Below are positions 14,160-27,500 of a stretch of 45,936 bases of DNA, in pieces (the first letter of the stretch is position 1; every line of letters begins with the position of its first letter). The position numbers and the translations under genes were made by a program. The notes under the pieces were generated by a model. It did no database searches, was not told the DNA's origin, and was given only the letters and a program-made list of their open reading frames with translations. The DNA is from Catajapyx aquilonaris (taxonomy: Eukaryota), in contig KZ538206.1 of NCBI GenBank assembly GCA_000934665.2, forward strand, positions 62,001 through 107,936, given 5' to 3'.

Positions 14160-16330
14160 GTCTGATCTTATTTATCCACCATTTTTTCTACTCGTCGATT
14201 GAAGCTATTCAGTCCCCTAATCTCTGACTTCGCTGGCAGCAGACATAAAGGCGGCGATGGTTCAATGCTTATAATGGCTTGCTAGATGATTAAATCATCC
14301 GCTGACACGGCTGCTTCAACCGGCCTGGTCATATTCGACTTCGCGGGGAATGTGCACTTACAGGTCATCTCCAATGCGGCAGTGACCTTTCCCTTCGGGT
14401 GGTCTCCTATCAAATTGCGAGATTCTTTGAGTTCCTAGCGGACAATATGCAATCTTCTTGGGAGGGAGTAGTTTTACGAGCATGATGCGCTTGAGTAGTC
14501 AATGCGAGGACATGTAGTCTGGCACCTGGGTCTCGTTGACAACATGACGTCAGCAGGCTTTATTCAGGGCAGGACTGATTGCATGTTCTTTGTGCAACGT
14601 GGGAGGAAGATATTTGCGCACGTCAACACTTTTCATATTGGTATAAATCATCCCTAAAAGGTTAATCAGGCCTCGCAGATGACTGAAAGACCACCTGTGG
14701 GCTATAAAACCAGGTTTATATGTGCGAAGGACACACTGATATCATTTTATTATCGGTACCGGTGTTAAGATTACGAACGACGCGCGTATCTGTATCAAGG
14801 GCAGATTCAGATTTGAGGGTTGCCTAAAGTGCACAATACGTTCATTACTGAGACTCAAATGGTAACATGAGACAATGTGATATGTAACTTGACACCTCCC
14901 ATATTAAATGCAATTATGCTGCCATCTGTTGATAGCCTCTCCTACCCCGGATAATTAAGCAATTTTTAAAAATATGAAACCAGGGCTTGTACCGGTACCT
15001 TATAATACGTAACCTAAGACGATGCCTATCTCTTATACACCCGGCCCAGAGCGGATGGGGCCTGGATAACACACAAAAAGAGCGTGATTTTGATGGATGT
15101 TGCCATATATCCAGCTCGTTCCATATTTTCATCCCGGTTATTATTTTTAAACTACAAAATCGATGCCAACAAATGAATCACTACCCAGTTTCCTTGCAAT
15201 TGGACCCCATCCACAATTGAAACTCGCAATACAATCTGCCTCATCCCATCCCCCATGAAGGTTTGACTACATGGAATGCATGTGTGGACATTTATATCAT
15301 CTAGCACCATGACCTCCAAGTGCCACCGACTAGAAGAGTTCATCTCCGGCTTTGGTTGATAACTGTCTTAGATGTGGCAGCCATGTTCATTCTGGGGCCC
15401 TTCCTCCCAGCCATTTGATTCTTTAGCCAGATGGTACTCTTTTTTTTGGGGCGCCTGCAAAAAGGTTGTGGGAAGGTGGATGCCTCTTCTTTTTTGATCT
15501 ACAAGAGAAGGATTTTTATCGTTTCCGACTCGAATTTCTTCGCAAAAAATAACCTGAACCACGTCCGGTCAGGGACGCCTTTAAGATTTCACACGGCCAG
15601 CTTCAAGGGGGTGGAATTAGCAATCAAAAGTTTGACAGATTACGCCTTGTTGATTGTCAACTACGCCCTGTAAAGTTGAGGACCCCCCTTTCTCTCGCCT
15701 TGTGTCTCTTTCGTATCAAGGATATAGCGGCAAGGTTGCGAACTGACTTGGAAGAAGGCAGGCGCCATCAAGATCAAAAACGTATTCGCATGAGGAACGT
15801 CTGAAAGAGACGAGTGTTGTCCCAAACATTCTGGACGCGAGTCTGCCATCAGCAGTTTATAATCTCTTTGGAACCAGACGCCATTATCCACTTGTTGGTC
15901 CAAGCACCATCTTTTCGTTTGGGCTGCAAAGTGGAATTGAGATTAAAAAAAAAAAAAAGTGTTTAAAAAGTCGCTTCCTCTTGACGTATGCGCTAAAAAC
16001 GCGACGTTTTTCCGCCGCATTAAACGCCTAGTTGTGCCCAATAGAACGTATATGGAAATGAGTGTGCAAAATATTCATAGTGAATGTCGACAATTAACAT
16101 TCTTCGTCTGAACCACCCATTCGGTGTGCCAACTTATTTTAATTCATCTTGAGCAAACAAAGTGATAATTACTGCCTGTAAAACGAACAATTTGCCGCCT
16201 TCTTTATTGTGAGACTCTCGAAGAAGGAGTTGCCGACTAATAAATAAAGAAAAAAAAACTGGTTAGTGCTTGACCACTTTCGGGTCACTCCGTACACCCG
16301 AGGCCAATTCGCATTAACGCGAATCGGCAC

Positions 16331-16333
<3 letters not shown>

Positions 16334-16397
<64 letters not shown>
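16334..16397. repeat. (GA)n microsatellite
   Basis: Read directly; about 32 units. Confidence 0.98.
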
Positions 16398-16402
<5 letters not shown>

Positions 16403-17938
16403 GTCCAGTGGCAGGTTAAACTTCGTCTTACCGTACTTCTGGTATAAATTAGCTCAATGTTGCTTGGAAAAACAGGTTGCCATGTCGTAATTTGCGCCTG
16501 AAACATGGCGTCGCTGGAATCCGTAAACACACTTTAACTGGCCTTAATTAAGCACTTATTTTCTCAGCGACTTGAATGCCAAAAAAAAGTGAAAAATGGG
16601 GAGGGGTGTTTGACAAAAAAAAAAGGTCATGCGACCTTGCCAGATGGCAATATTTGTTGAGTAAGGCAAAGTATGACCTCCCAAGAACCGTGAAACTCAC
16701 TAATGGCGCTTGTTATTGGCGGGATATTTCACGGATAATTCGCGAACATACCCTTCCAACCCAAGTGACTTTCACAGGCACACGATTCGTAAACCACGAA
16801 GCACCGAGAATGTGCTGTTGCGTCCAGATTTTCGCATTGTTTAGCACGTAACTCAAGTCCGGAAGACGAGAGCAGCCGTACCCAATCGTCACAAAAAAAT
16901 AACAGTTTATTTAATTCTTAAAATAACCGGGCTCTGAAACGCTTTTCCCTGCTCCTAATGGTTTCGCAGTGGTAAAAACAGTTTATAGTTGCAAAAAAAT
17001 GTAGTTTAGTTGTCAGTCTTGTCAGGGCAGTGTAGTATATTAGTTCGTAATGCCTGCGGTGGCCAACCGCTATATTTTTTTCACTGCGTTTTTGGGAAAA
17101 GGAGGTGGGGTGCTAGCAGTGGTTGCCCAGGGCATCGTGTGTGTCGTTTACCCTGGGAAACGTTGGCCTCCACCCAGAACCAGAAATCCTCCCCCACATC
17201 TTTGTTCCTCACGAAAAGTGTCCTCGACTCAAACTAGCCAGGGCTTTTTTCTATTTTTGTAATTGCATTTTAAGTTAGACACCCAACCCGGCCGAGCTTG
17301 GAATGTCCCCAAAAAACCCGCTTATCTGCGATATGCCTAGAGAAAAGACACAAGAAAAAAAGCGAAGTGTGTCACGGTGTTTGCAGACTGGAAATAAGAA
17401 AGAGAGATGGATGTTGCCAGGTCAGGGATGACCTCCCCCTTTCTCAACAGCACCGTGCAGGTATACCCAACGCAAGTGCAAGCTGCATTGCAACTAGTTC
17501 AGAATACGCACGACCCACACTATAGTTGACTTGGCCTCTAAAGCCCTGCCCCAAGTGGATAGACCACTGGAGAAGACATACGTAACGAAACCCACGCGTA
17601 TGACGTCCTTGTCCCGAAACCGGTTTCACGGAGTCCCCAACAATCACTCAGGGGGATACTGGAATTTTTGGCAGGGACACGCTGAAGATGTGTTTATTGT
17701 GCTACTGGGTTGCAGCTGTTTTAAATTTCCGGGGGCCCAGGGGCTGCTAGTGGTCGGGGAGTTGGCTAGTGGGGGCTGCGGGGGTGCCGCTGGCCTGGCA
17801 ACGTGGGTCTTAGGGAGGGCAAACAGATCTGTCTGTCTTTGGAGAAAACGTCTGGGGGAGGGGAGGGCCGCAGTAAACAGTCAGTGGCCGGGTCGGAAGG
17901 TTGTGCGCGGACTGTGTGGTGACCGTGATGGACTGGTG

Positions 17939-18500
17939 ATGACCCACGTTACCTGCTTCTCCCCGCCATGGGGTGGACCGCTCAAGTCTAAGCCGCCGAT
18001 ACACCGTCCAGGTGTGAAGAACAAACGCGGGTTATCCTCCACGTACCTCAGCTTCCGGGAGAGCAACCTCAGCATATATGAACCAAAGACAACGGACTCG
18101 TTGCCGGAGCAGCCCCGGATGTTCCGGCCGGTCTTCAGCTCGTTGGAGCGGAACACCAAGCGACGACAGCCGACGGAGCTGCCCAGATGGGCATCCCCGC
18201 CTAAGAAAGAGGTGACATCGTGGGAAAAGGTGCCAGATGACCGGATTGTCAACGGGTTTTCGTCACTGACCCGACGTCGCTCGGGGCCTAAGGAGGTGGT
18301 CATCTTAGCACGTAGCCACTCTGAGGGCAACCTGCACTTCTTGGACGACCCGCCCACCCGATACAGAGGTCGAGGTTCGATGGCGCCTAGGATACGACAC
18401 AGTCTGCCGCGTGACACCTTCCTGGATGACCCCAGACCCCTGGGGTCGCTGTCCAAGTGCATGAGGACTCTGAGCGGCAGCTGGAAGAATTTACTACAAT
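17939..18500 (+). CDS. ckn: Caskin alternative first exon (187 aa disordered N-terminus ending [15 protein letters not shown])
   Basis: Long GC-rich open frame with RSHSEG/RRRS-type basic-Ser motifs, ending at T|GTGAGT in phase 1; joins 21821 in frame. Confidence 0.75.
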
Positions 18501-21500
18501 GTGAGTTCCCTCGGTATCGACATTTTTGAGCCATTTTTTGGGAACACGATTGGGTGAGCAAGGCGTGCACTGCAGCGAATAAATCTGGTTAGTCACGCTT
18601 GCTTTGCTAACCAGAGAACGTGCTGTTGTGTGCCAAAAGAATCATTGTCCTGGTGGGACAGTGCTAGGGGAGAGGGCAATGATATAGTCAGCCCGCTGGA
18701 GTCTGCACCGGGATTATTATCGCCAAATGAGCCATGGCTGGCGTTGCGAAATTGTCAGATTTGACGATTTGCCGGTGTGAACCACCACCGCCCAAAAAAG
18801 GGGAAATAGTGACGTCAGTGAAAGGTAAATACGCAATCTGGGCGTGGAGAGGCATAATACCTTTCTGGGAAGACTGCAAACAAGTCGTGAAGAGACTATT
18901 CCGCGAAACGCTTTACCTGGGCACCAGTAAACGGGGGCTACAGTCATCGGCGGCCGTCTCACCTGTTGCTAAGGCTATGGAATAAGTCCATATTCACGTC
19001 CCACGTGCCACGCTGCGGGTAGTAAAAACCGGTCCCTTGATTTTGCATTCAGAGTCGGCAGCAGGAATCGCGGGAGTTACGAAGGGGGAAAAAAAACTGC
19101 GACAATGTGACGCCAATTGGCGACTTTTAAATGACCACGGGTAAATCTTCGGGCGTGTCCTCTCAAAAACCGGTTGTACATCGATATTTAATTTTAACGG
19201 CAATTAACCAATGGTCCCTCCAGGAAAATAGCAGTGCCCCTGAAATGGGCGGTGAGAATTGGCGACCCGTGTGGAGGTTGATGTTTATCCATGTAACAGG
19301 GCTTCCCACCTTCGTTTTCGAGATGAGGTCCACCAACCATCCAAACATGGCTTGTTCAACTTTTCATAGTAGGTGGTACGTCTGGACTAAGGGGAACCAA
19401 CTGAAGAAAGAAAAAAATCCGGGCATTTCCGTTTTGTGTACCATTGTTTGGTGGATAAGGGTGGTTAACAGGATGATTAGCTTTTTTCTCGTAGGACCAG
19501 GTTGAAAATGGAGATGGCGCCGTCCTTGATTGCCCCTGGCCAGGAGGGCCTTCCAAATGGCTTCCTCAAGGACATGGGCCCCACTTTTAGGGGGATTGGG
19601 AGTAACCACCCTGATCGATTATATCAACAATATAGGGTATTTCACCCACAAGATATGGATTGGCTTTGTTGCTATTCTGTCGCGACGTTGTTGCCTTCGA
19701 AGTCACGTGTGTTGGGTGGAGTCGGACATACAGTACGTGGGGAGACGGATGTTTGGTACCATATTTTTATTCAGTGTTGTCTCCATGGATAAACGCTCCA
19801 TGTATAATAAATCAAGGTTTAGGGCGTTTGATTCGACGACGAATAAGTTTCAAGGTCCGTGTTCGCCCTTCCTAATAATCGAGTCTTTTGGGGGTGTGCT
19901 TGACCGTAGCCAAAATTAAACCGTGTTTGGGGGGAGCCGTGGGTAGGTGTTACTTTAGCCAGAAACAAGATGTGAAGGTAAGCTACATTTCGTGATATCC
20001 ATGTACAACAAAACACCATGATTTACACCGACTTAGCTGCGGGAAACGTACTAAGTGGCAGGTTAGAAATGGCATGTTTCAACTCACCCCACCTTATCGC
20101 CTTGGGTATTGGAGCAAAAATTTTGCCTTTCAACCCTATGAGACCGTGGTTCAACCTATCATGCAGCAACCCCTACAAAGTATAGATGGCAGTGATCGCC
20201 CCCCCCCCCCNNNNNNNNNNNNNNNNNNNNNNNNNNNNNNNNNNNNNNNNNNNNNNNNNNNNNNNNNNNNNNNNNNNNNNNNNNNNNNNNNNNNNNNNNN
20301 NNNNNNNNNNNNNNNNNNNNNNNNNNNNNNNNNNNNNNNNNNNNNNNNNNNNNNNNNNNNNNNNNNNNNNNNNNNNNNNNNNNNNNNNNNNNNNNNNNNN
20401 NNNNNNNNNNNNNNNNNNNNNNNNNNNNNGGGGGGGGGGGATAAAAATTGGTTCTGGGAAGCTCATTTTCTGCCCAAAAAATGCAGTCTCACTTTTTGGC
20501 GGTGGTTGTCCTATTGTTTTTGGCGGTCGTGGAGTTGCAAGAGGCGAAGGCCATTGTTGGCAGATCCGGCGGCGGCACGACTCGAAGGTCATCGACCGAC
20601 ATTGGCGACCTTGATGAGAAGTGCATCAGGAATGCAGGTGCATTACATCTGGGTGACCAATGACCTTGTCCTTTTGGACCGAGGACAAATAGTGAGTCGC
20701 TACCTCAGAAATGTCAACTTTGGACTCGGCGTTTCCGTATTTACCATTAAAGGTTGTTGAACCCACCACAGAGAGGGGTTGGTTGTGCAGCTTTTAAAAA
20801 AATTGTTTGTTTTGCCTGTGTTGACACCCATTGTCTCAACCATCATGTCAAGGCGGGTTCTACGTCATTGTTTCGGGACGGGGGAGAGGGCCACCACCGA
20901 ATTCCAACCTGACAGAAGGACCCCCGCATGAAGAATGGTGGTTACATTTGGGAGCCGCTTGCCGAGTATAAATTACTGCAATGTCATTAATGCATCTCGT
21001 TGCCAACATGCATCGGGTGTTTAAACCCACTGGAGGTACAGGTCACGTTAAATTTTTTTTGAACAGGCGTCTAAATAATTTACGGGTCTGAGGTTTCATT
21101 TACGGACGAATTAGCATTACCGTTGGGGGCTTGTGCTAATGAAGAGTTCCTACGAAGGCTTGTGGATGTTGGGATCATTTGAGGGTTGATGTGCACTATT
21201 TTGGGGGAAGTAGCACATGGACCTTTGTGTGTAAGGTTGAACACACGGAGGATTTTTATAACTCCCGGGAAGCCCTTTGCGGCACATTTATTACAATTTC
21301 GTTGCTTGCTTCAGGACCAAACGGAAATGGAACTCGTTACTACTGTACCTATTTTCACGCACACATTTGGGAAGCTCTGTTACGACGCCACATATATATT
21401 TTTAAAAAACCCCTCCTGTTTTTCCCAGATTCGGCAATTTAGGAGAGGTAGCCCCACCCTGCCTTGCCGAGGTTCAACTAGTTTGAACTTCGCATTGTTA

Positions 21501-24500
21501 TCATTAGCATATTCACTTCGCAATTTGCAGCGCAGGTGAACAACCCCAAAGTCCACTTCTTCAGGATGGACCTTCGCCATATTTATGGCATGGGTGTAGT
21601 CGCTCCGGCCCCATCTCGAATCCAACATGTCCATATAAAGCCCAGTGGGGCGCTGCTTAACCACCCCATCCGTATTCGTTGATCTGTCGCGGTGCACTTA
21701 ACCAAATGTCGCCGCTCATTTCCTGTGTCCACAACAGGTTTCCTAAATTCTTCGAGGGGGTCAAGCCCATATTTTTCGAAGCCGATTTGCTGACCCCTTT
21801 GCTCTTTTCTCTCCTGACAGTGGGTGGGATGCACCGGTCCAACAAGCCAGCCCAGGGAAAGAAGGTGGCCCCACCGACGGTACCGACGGAAGCTACCCAG
21901 CGACACTCAGGCAGCAGCTTTGGTTCTGGGTACGCCAGCGGGGCCGGCTCCGGGTCCAGCGGCATCGGTAGCGACAACCGGAGCTCGCTTGGGAGTGTCG
22001 GAACTGACGACAGCTTCCCGCCACCACCATCGCCACACCGGCCGCTCGACAACCAACACGGTATGTGACATCAGGAAGGTCGTTTATAAAAATACTGGAA
22101 CACTTCTTCTGAAGAACGTGCCTGTGGGCGCGATATTGAGTAGGTGTCGCGGGCGTGGTTACATTCAAGTGCGGCTCAGAGGCCAGCATTCATGGCACAT
22201 CCCAAGCACGCCATTATCATCACTCTACTTCCCCCGTACCATTCTCTCGAGTCAATTTTGAGGTTGGGGCAGCTGCTGGATTGCGAATTTTTTATGTATG
22301 ACCTCGGCCCTGGAAATTGATCAGGTTACGGTGGCAACCTTGAGGCGGAGTAGTCAACATCTGTGTGGAGGAAGTTTTGTCCCACGAGGGTCACCAACCA
22401 GAGACCTTCAACTCCAACCCTGAGTCATGCAGTGCCTGGCCTGCATTGTTGTTGTTTTTTTTCGCAGATTTAGTTAGCAGGTGCTTTATGTCAACACCAC
22501 AAAACAGTAGCTTGGTCAGCAAGCAGGAGCCCAGCTTTTCCTTTATGTAAAGAGATGATAATGCGGCGATTAGTATTACTGGTGGTTTTTTATTCCCATA
22601 ATTTTTGCTCGTATTCGTGCCTCGTAAATTGTGCATCGTTGTGGTAGCCTGTAATTCATTGTGCTTTGTGCTGCTGAGCTGAGCTGGTACAGAACTACAG
22701 ACGGTCTAATCAGCCAAGGTTTGCCGGATCTTGTAACAGGCTTCACAACCTCCTTGCCGTAGTGGGCTCAAAGCCAGCTTGAGCCAGTTGTTGAGGGTGA
22801 GGGATCAGTTACGCCAGGTCAAACAATAACTTGGCCCTTGGTCATGTAGCGCATAAGTATATTGCATATTCGATGATGCGCCTCTTGGATGGAGCCAGGC
22901 TGTTATGGCAGGAGGTAAATATTTGAGCCAAAATTAAATTCAGCTTTAATGTTCATTAATCTGCGATCAGCATTAAATTTTAACCTAATGACATCAAATG
23001 AAATGAATATTGCTACATGTAATAATGTTGAACCAATCTGAAACCTGACAGTTGTCAAGAGAGACTGTCCCATAATATCATTTAACTTCTATATACCGTT
23101 TTATCTGATGTGAGCAAAAAATATGCGTGTCCTCTTGTTGCCAGTCTGCGAGTGTCACTGATAACACATTGTCACGCCACCAGGGGCATTTTTGGATCAG
23201 AATTATTGAAAAACTAACAATTCGTAGCTGGCATGGGGAGCGGAGTGGCGCTGCAGTAACGTTCGCGCCCACGGATGTAAGGGTCTCGTGTTAGATCCCA
23301 AACCCGGGCTTTCCCCCCTTCATCTCGTGCAGAGCTGGGTCGTCTCTGGCTTCGTCTGGGATGGAATCTCTGACAGACTAATCCACCCGGGGGAGTTCAC
23401 AAAATGTACCGTTACAGACATTACATTAGCACATTTCCCTCCTGGGAGTTACCCTTTCCTCGTTCGCGGTACCCGGGCTTTACGGAAAAGGACTAACAAG
23501 AAGCTTGTACACCTTAAAAAGTAATAAAGGTACCATGCCAGATGTCCATTAAAATGGGCGGTGCACTAACACTACTACTACTACTACTACTACTACTATT
23601 CGTAGCTGGCACAGGTTCTCGCTTGCTAGACCTTCTCTATCTGCATTATTGGATGAGAAGTGGCTTTTGCAATACCTGCCATAACTCGCTTGTAATTTTA
23701 AACAGGAAGGAAATTTTTAAATACAAAATATAGGGATTATCATCCCAGGCCATTGGGATTTCATTATGACACCAAACCCCTTTGAGAAAGCTATATAGCG
23801 AAATATCAATGTGTCATTGTCTTTCTTTACAGTTGCAGACACATGTGACCACAGTGGTGTGTATGCAAATAGGTTTCCAGGAGGAGTTCCTTCCCAGTCA
23901 CCAGAACATCCCAGTTTCACTGCCGTCCCATTCTCAGGAATGCAGGTAAGAACTTGTCCACTAATGAAATGGGCAACTTTGTTTCTGTTGAGTTATTGCT
24001 ATAATTATTTTTCTGGTGCACAGGGCCAACAACCTGCACTCCTAATGAACCACATCATGCGGCGTGGTGTGAACAGTGTGCCACCTCCACAGATTTACCA
24101 AAATGACAACAGGGAATACTATGCAATGACTGCCCAACAATATCAGCACCAACTATCATTAGAAGACCAAGGCATCGATGTAACTCAGGTAATTTTTGGC
24201 TGTTTTATAACTTAAAAGTGCAAGCAAGGCCTATAATATCTTATGCAAAACACATTTGTATTCTTTCTCTATAGAGCCCCGGAAGAGACAGCCCAGGGTC
24301 ATCAGGCTCAGGAAGCAGTGGTGGGTGTCGTCATAGTACCACAAGTCTGGACAGCGGAAGAGCTTCAGGCTCAGTGTCTGAGGGGAGGTCAGGGCACAGC
24401 TATGGACAGGTAAGTTGAGCATTACCACAATGTTATGCAAGTTATGAATACTGGGCAATTTTGTGCAGGTGCCAAGTGCCCATAGACTCTCAGGCCAGTC

Positions 24501-27500
24501 GTATGAGTCAAGTCACTCTGGAGGCTCCTTGCGTCACAGCTATCCAAGTTCCAGCTCTTGCTCCAGTGGCAGCTTAGAAAGAGGGGAAGATGCAGGTATC
24601 TGCAACCTAAATGTTGCAGAGATGTTGATGGCCGGGATTGCTGTAAGTATTGAGCATTTTATTAATAAATTGTGACGGATTGTGACCATTTCAAGTTCAA
24701 TGAGGAATTACACAACTTCCAATTTGTGCATGCTCTGGATCTTCTGTAGTGCTCTGACTGGGTTAAAATCTAAGTTGGACCTTCAAGTCAGAAATGCTGT
24801 TGTCAATCATTCAATATGCTAGTGAAGGTCAGACTTCATGCAGGAATCGCAGATTTTTTGTGTAGACTATACATGAGTCCCTGCGGCGCCGAAGGGGAAA
24901 ATATTATGCTGCATAATTTATCATGTGCTATTGCGACATTGCCGTGCACTTCAAAGCTTGGATTGTTCCAAAGTGGGTGGCTAGGTGAGACTGTAGGGAG
25001 AGAAGTGACAAAAAGGGCCTGAAGTGCACCTATAGCTCTGCTCGAAAGTTGGGGAGCGTGTGCAAGTTGGAGATCTCTTGACCCACTTACTGGACGAAGA
25101 GACTAGAGAAGGCTACTTTGTCCCACTGAGAACCACCACTTCACATCTGGCACTCTATGAAGTAATTCTGTAATTACATCATCCTGTCAAGTGGTAATGA
25201 ATCGCGTTTGCCTACTGCCCGAGAAAACAACCTTTGATTTGTAATTACTCAGATGGCCTTGCAAGTTGAGGATGAACAAAAAGAAGCCGGTACATGTATT
25301 GCATTTTATATCAATATTATAAGCAAGGAGCTGATAATACTCTGACCTCTGGATTACAATTTGAAAACATTGATAGAGCAGGGGGATATTTTTAAACTTA
25401 CCCTGAGTCCACAGATCAGAAACTCTAAGGGACGTTTGATCACATTTATGATAATGGCTCAAGAGAATATCACTCGTACGAGCGAAGGTTGATGATTGGT
25501 AACAGGATGCAGGTGTTCTTGAGGTTGGTCAAGCATTCTCATCAGTTCAGTAAATTTATTTAGCACTTTCTTAGTTTTTGTATGAAAAGGCATGAAAACA
25601 GCCTGTTTGATGAAAACCGTGATAAGGGCTGAAAGATGGATGAGTGAAGATGACTTATGGTCAGAAAGTAAAATCATTAAAAGCTCCCGTTGCCAACAAG
25701 GTAGCCACATAGTCATTTACAGGAAAGGAGATCCAGTTTTGGATGGCTGGTATGGCCGGAGTGAATAAGGAGGAAGCAGAAAAAAACGAAGAGGTTGATG
25801 CCCACCTCTAGTCCTGGTTAATGAGTTATGGAGACTTTTCACACACTTGAGATCCCAATTACCTGTTGCAAATCCATAAAAAAGGGTGGTCGTGACTTCG
25901 CGTTGGGGGATGTTCATGTGAAGTTATAATGTAAGTCCAGCTGTGCTAAAAAATTTTTTTAAAAAAAGTACACATGATCGTTAGTTGAAAGAAGCGGCTG
26001 TGTGTTGGAGTGACCAATGTAACATTTGCACCATCGCATCCTTGGAAAAATATTGTTCGATAGGTTTTGGCGCTTGGCTGCTGGTAGGTGAGCTGACTAT
26101 CATTAGTTGGCTGGGAAAGAAGAAGAGCCAAAGAGCAAAAGGGGGAAAAAGAAATGCGAAGGAAAGAAGAGGGACTGTGGAAAACGGCACCGGGTTGGCC
26201 AGGGAGGAGATGTAAAAGAGTCTTTTACTGCACGGCAGAGGCGAGAGTAAAATTTTTACTGCGGTACTTCCAGCCTGGGTATCGATGACGGCCGGCAATA
26301 AATTCGCCAACTTTTGTCCGGGAATGCTGGATGAAGACGTTTAAAGAAGAGGCACCAGGTGCATATAGACTCGACGCCTAACTCGAGGTGCATTCATTGT
26401 TTACAGCTCTTTAGCTTACGGATGTGTTACGGTTACGACTGTTTTCTACCTGACTACCCGTTGCACTTAGAGCATATGCCGCGAGACCGAGGGCAGTTGT
26501 TTTGTCACCTGTCAGGTGAACAATGGTGCCTATTGAGCAAACACGAATGATGTGCAGGCCCTGGCCAACTCCGGCTGTTAATTTTTGCACATTTTCCTTG
26601 TTTTTTGGTGCATGTTTGACAACTATTTATCCACACAATATGTAGTTGTTGTCTAATTGCTGCATAAGAAACGGATCCTATCGAGTACGCCCATGCTGCA
26701 GATCAACTCGAACCGGAGAGGCCCATTCGACAAAGGCCGTTCCTGTAGTCGGGAGTATCCTACCGGTAATCAATTTTATTGGCTGCCACTGGTTTCCAGT
26801 CGGTACTAGCCTGCACAGACTGGTTTCATCTCCAAGTGACCACGGGGCAATAAGAGGCGACCACATGGCTGATGGCGCCATAGAATTATGCGTAAATGGC
26901 ATCAAGCCGCAAAATGGCGGAAAGCATCATTTTGGGTGGGCGAGGGACGAAAAGGGCAGCGTCCTCTCCGGAGGGCCATGGGGCGTGGATTCATTTGTAA
27001 GCAAGCGAACTGCAGGGCCTTCTCATCTGGCTGCTGCTGTATTTGGTCAAGTAACGCGTGCGCTGCACTCGGAATGCATCATGAAGAGCTTAGGGGCGGA
27101 TGGGGCGGGGGGTGGGAAAAGTTGAGAAGGAAAAGGGCTCCTCTGCCTCAGTTCACTTCAAGTCCTTCTCCATGTGGTTCCTTTCGACGCGGGTACCACC
27201 TGCCTTCTTAGCGGGTCACGGATGTACCGCAGCAGACAGGTGGATTTTTTTTTTTTTTTCAATAATATTTGTACCCATTTTTGGCAGTATGGCGGGGTGG
27301 GCAGACGCAGCCTGTTGCACGTTTCCGTAGTGATTTTGTAATGCGTTGGTGGGGAAAATCTTGTCGCTTGCGTATCGATTGTGAAGCTGCTCTTGGCGTC
27401 GCAATGCACGGAGGCATCTTTCAAGTTTGACTGCAATACCGTATGCAGTAACCATGTGCAGTAGCAGGGGGACGTCCTTGAGTAAGGACGTTCATACAAT

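Noticed and set aside
16266..16530. ORFs with ERER/SLSL runs
   Set aside because: Translations of the (GA)n microsatellite.
17531..17938. 5' extension of the 332-aa ORF
   Set aside because: It starts at TTG with no in-frame ATG before 17939 and reads as non-protein-like; treated as probable UTR.
17881..18570. 229-aa minus-strand ORF
   Set aside because: Antisense shadow of a GC-rich coding exon.
20074..20760. Long ORFs spanning the N gap
   Set aside because: Their length is inflated by unknown bases.
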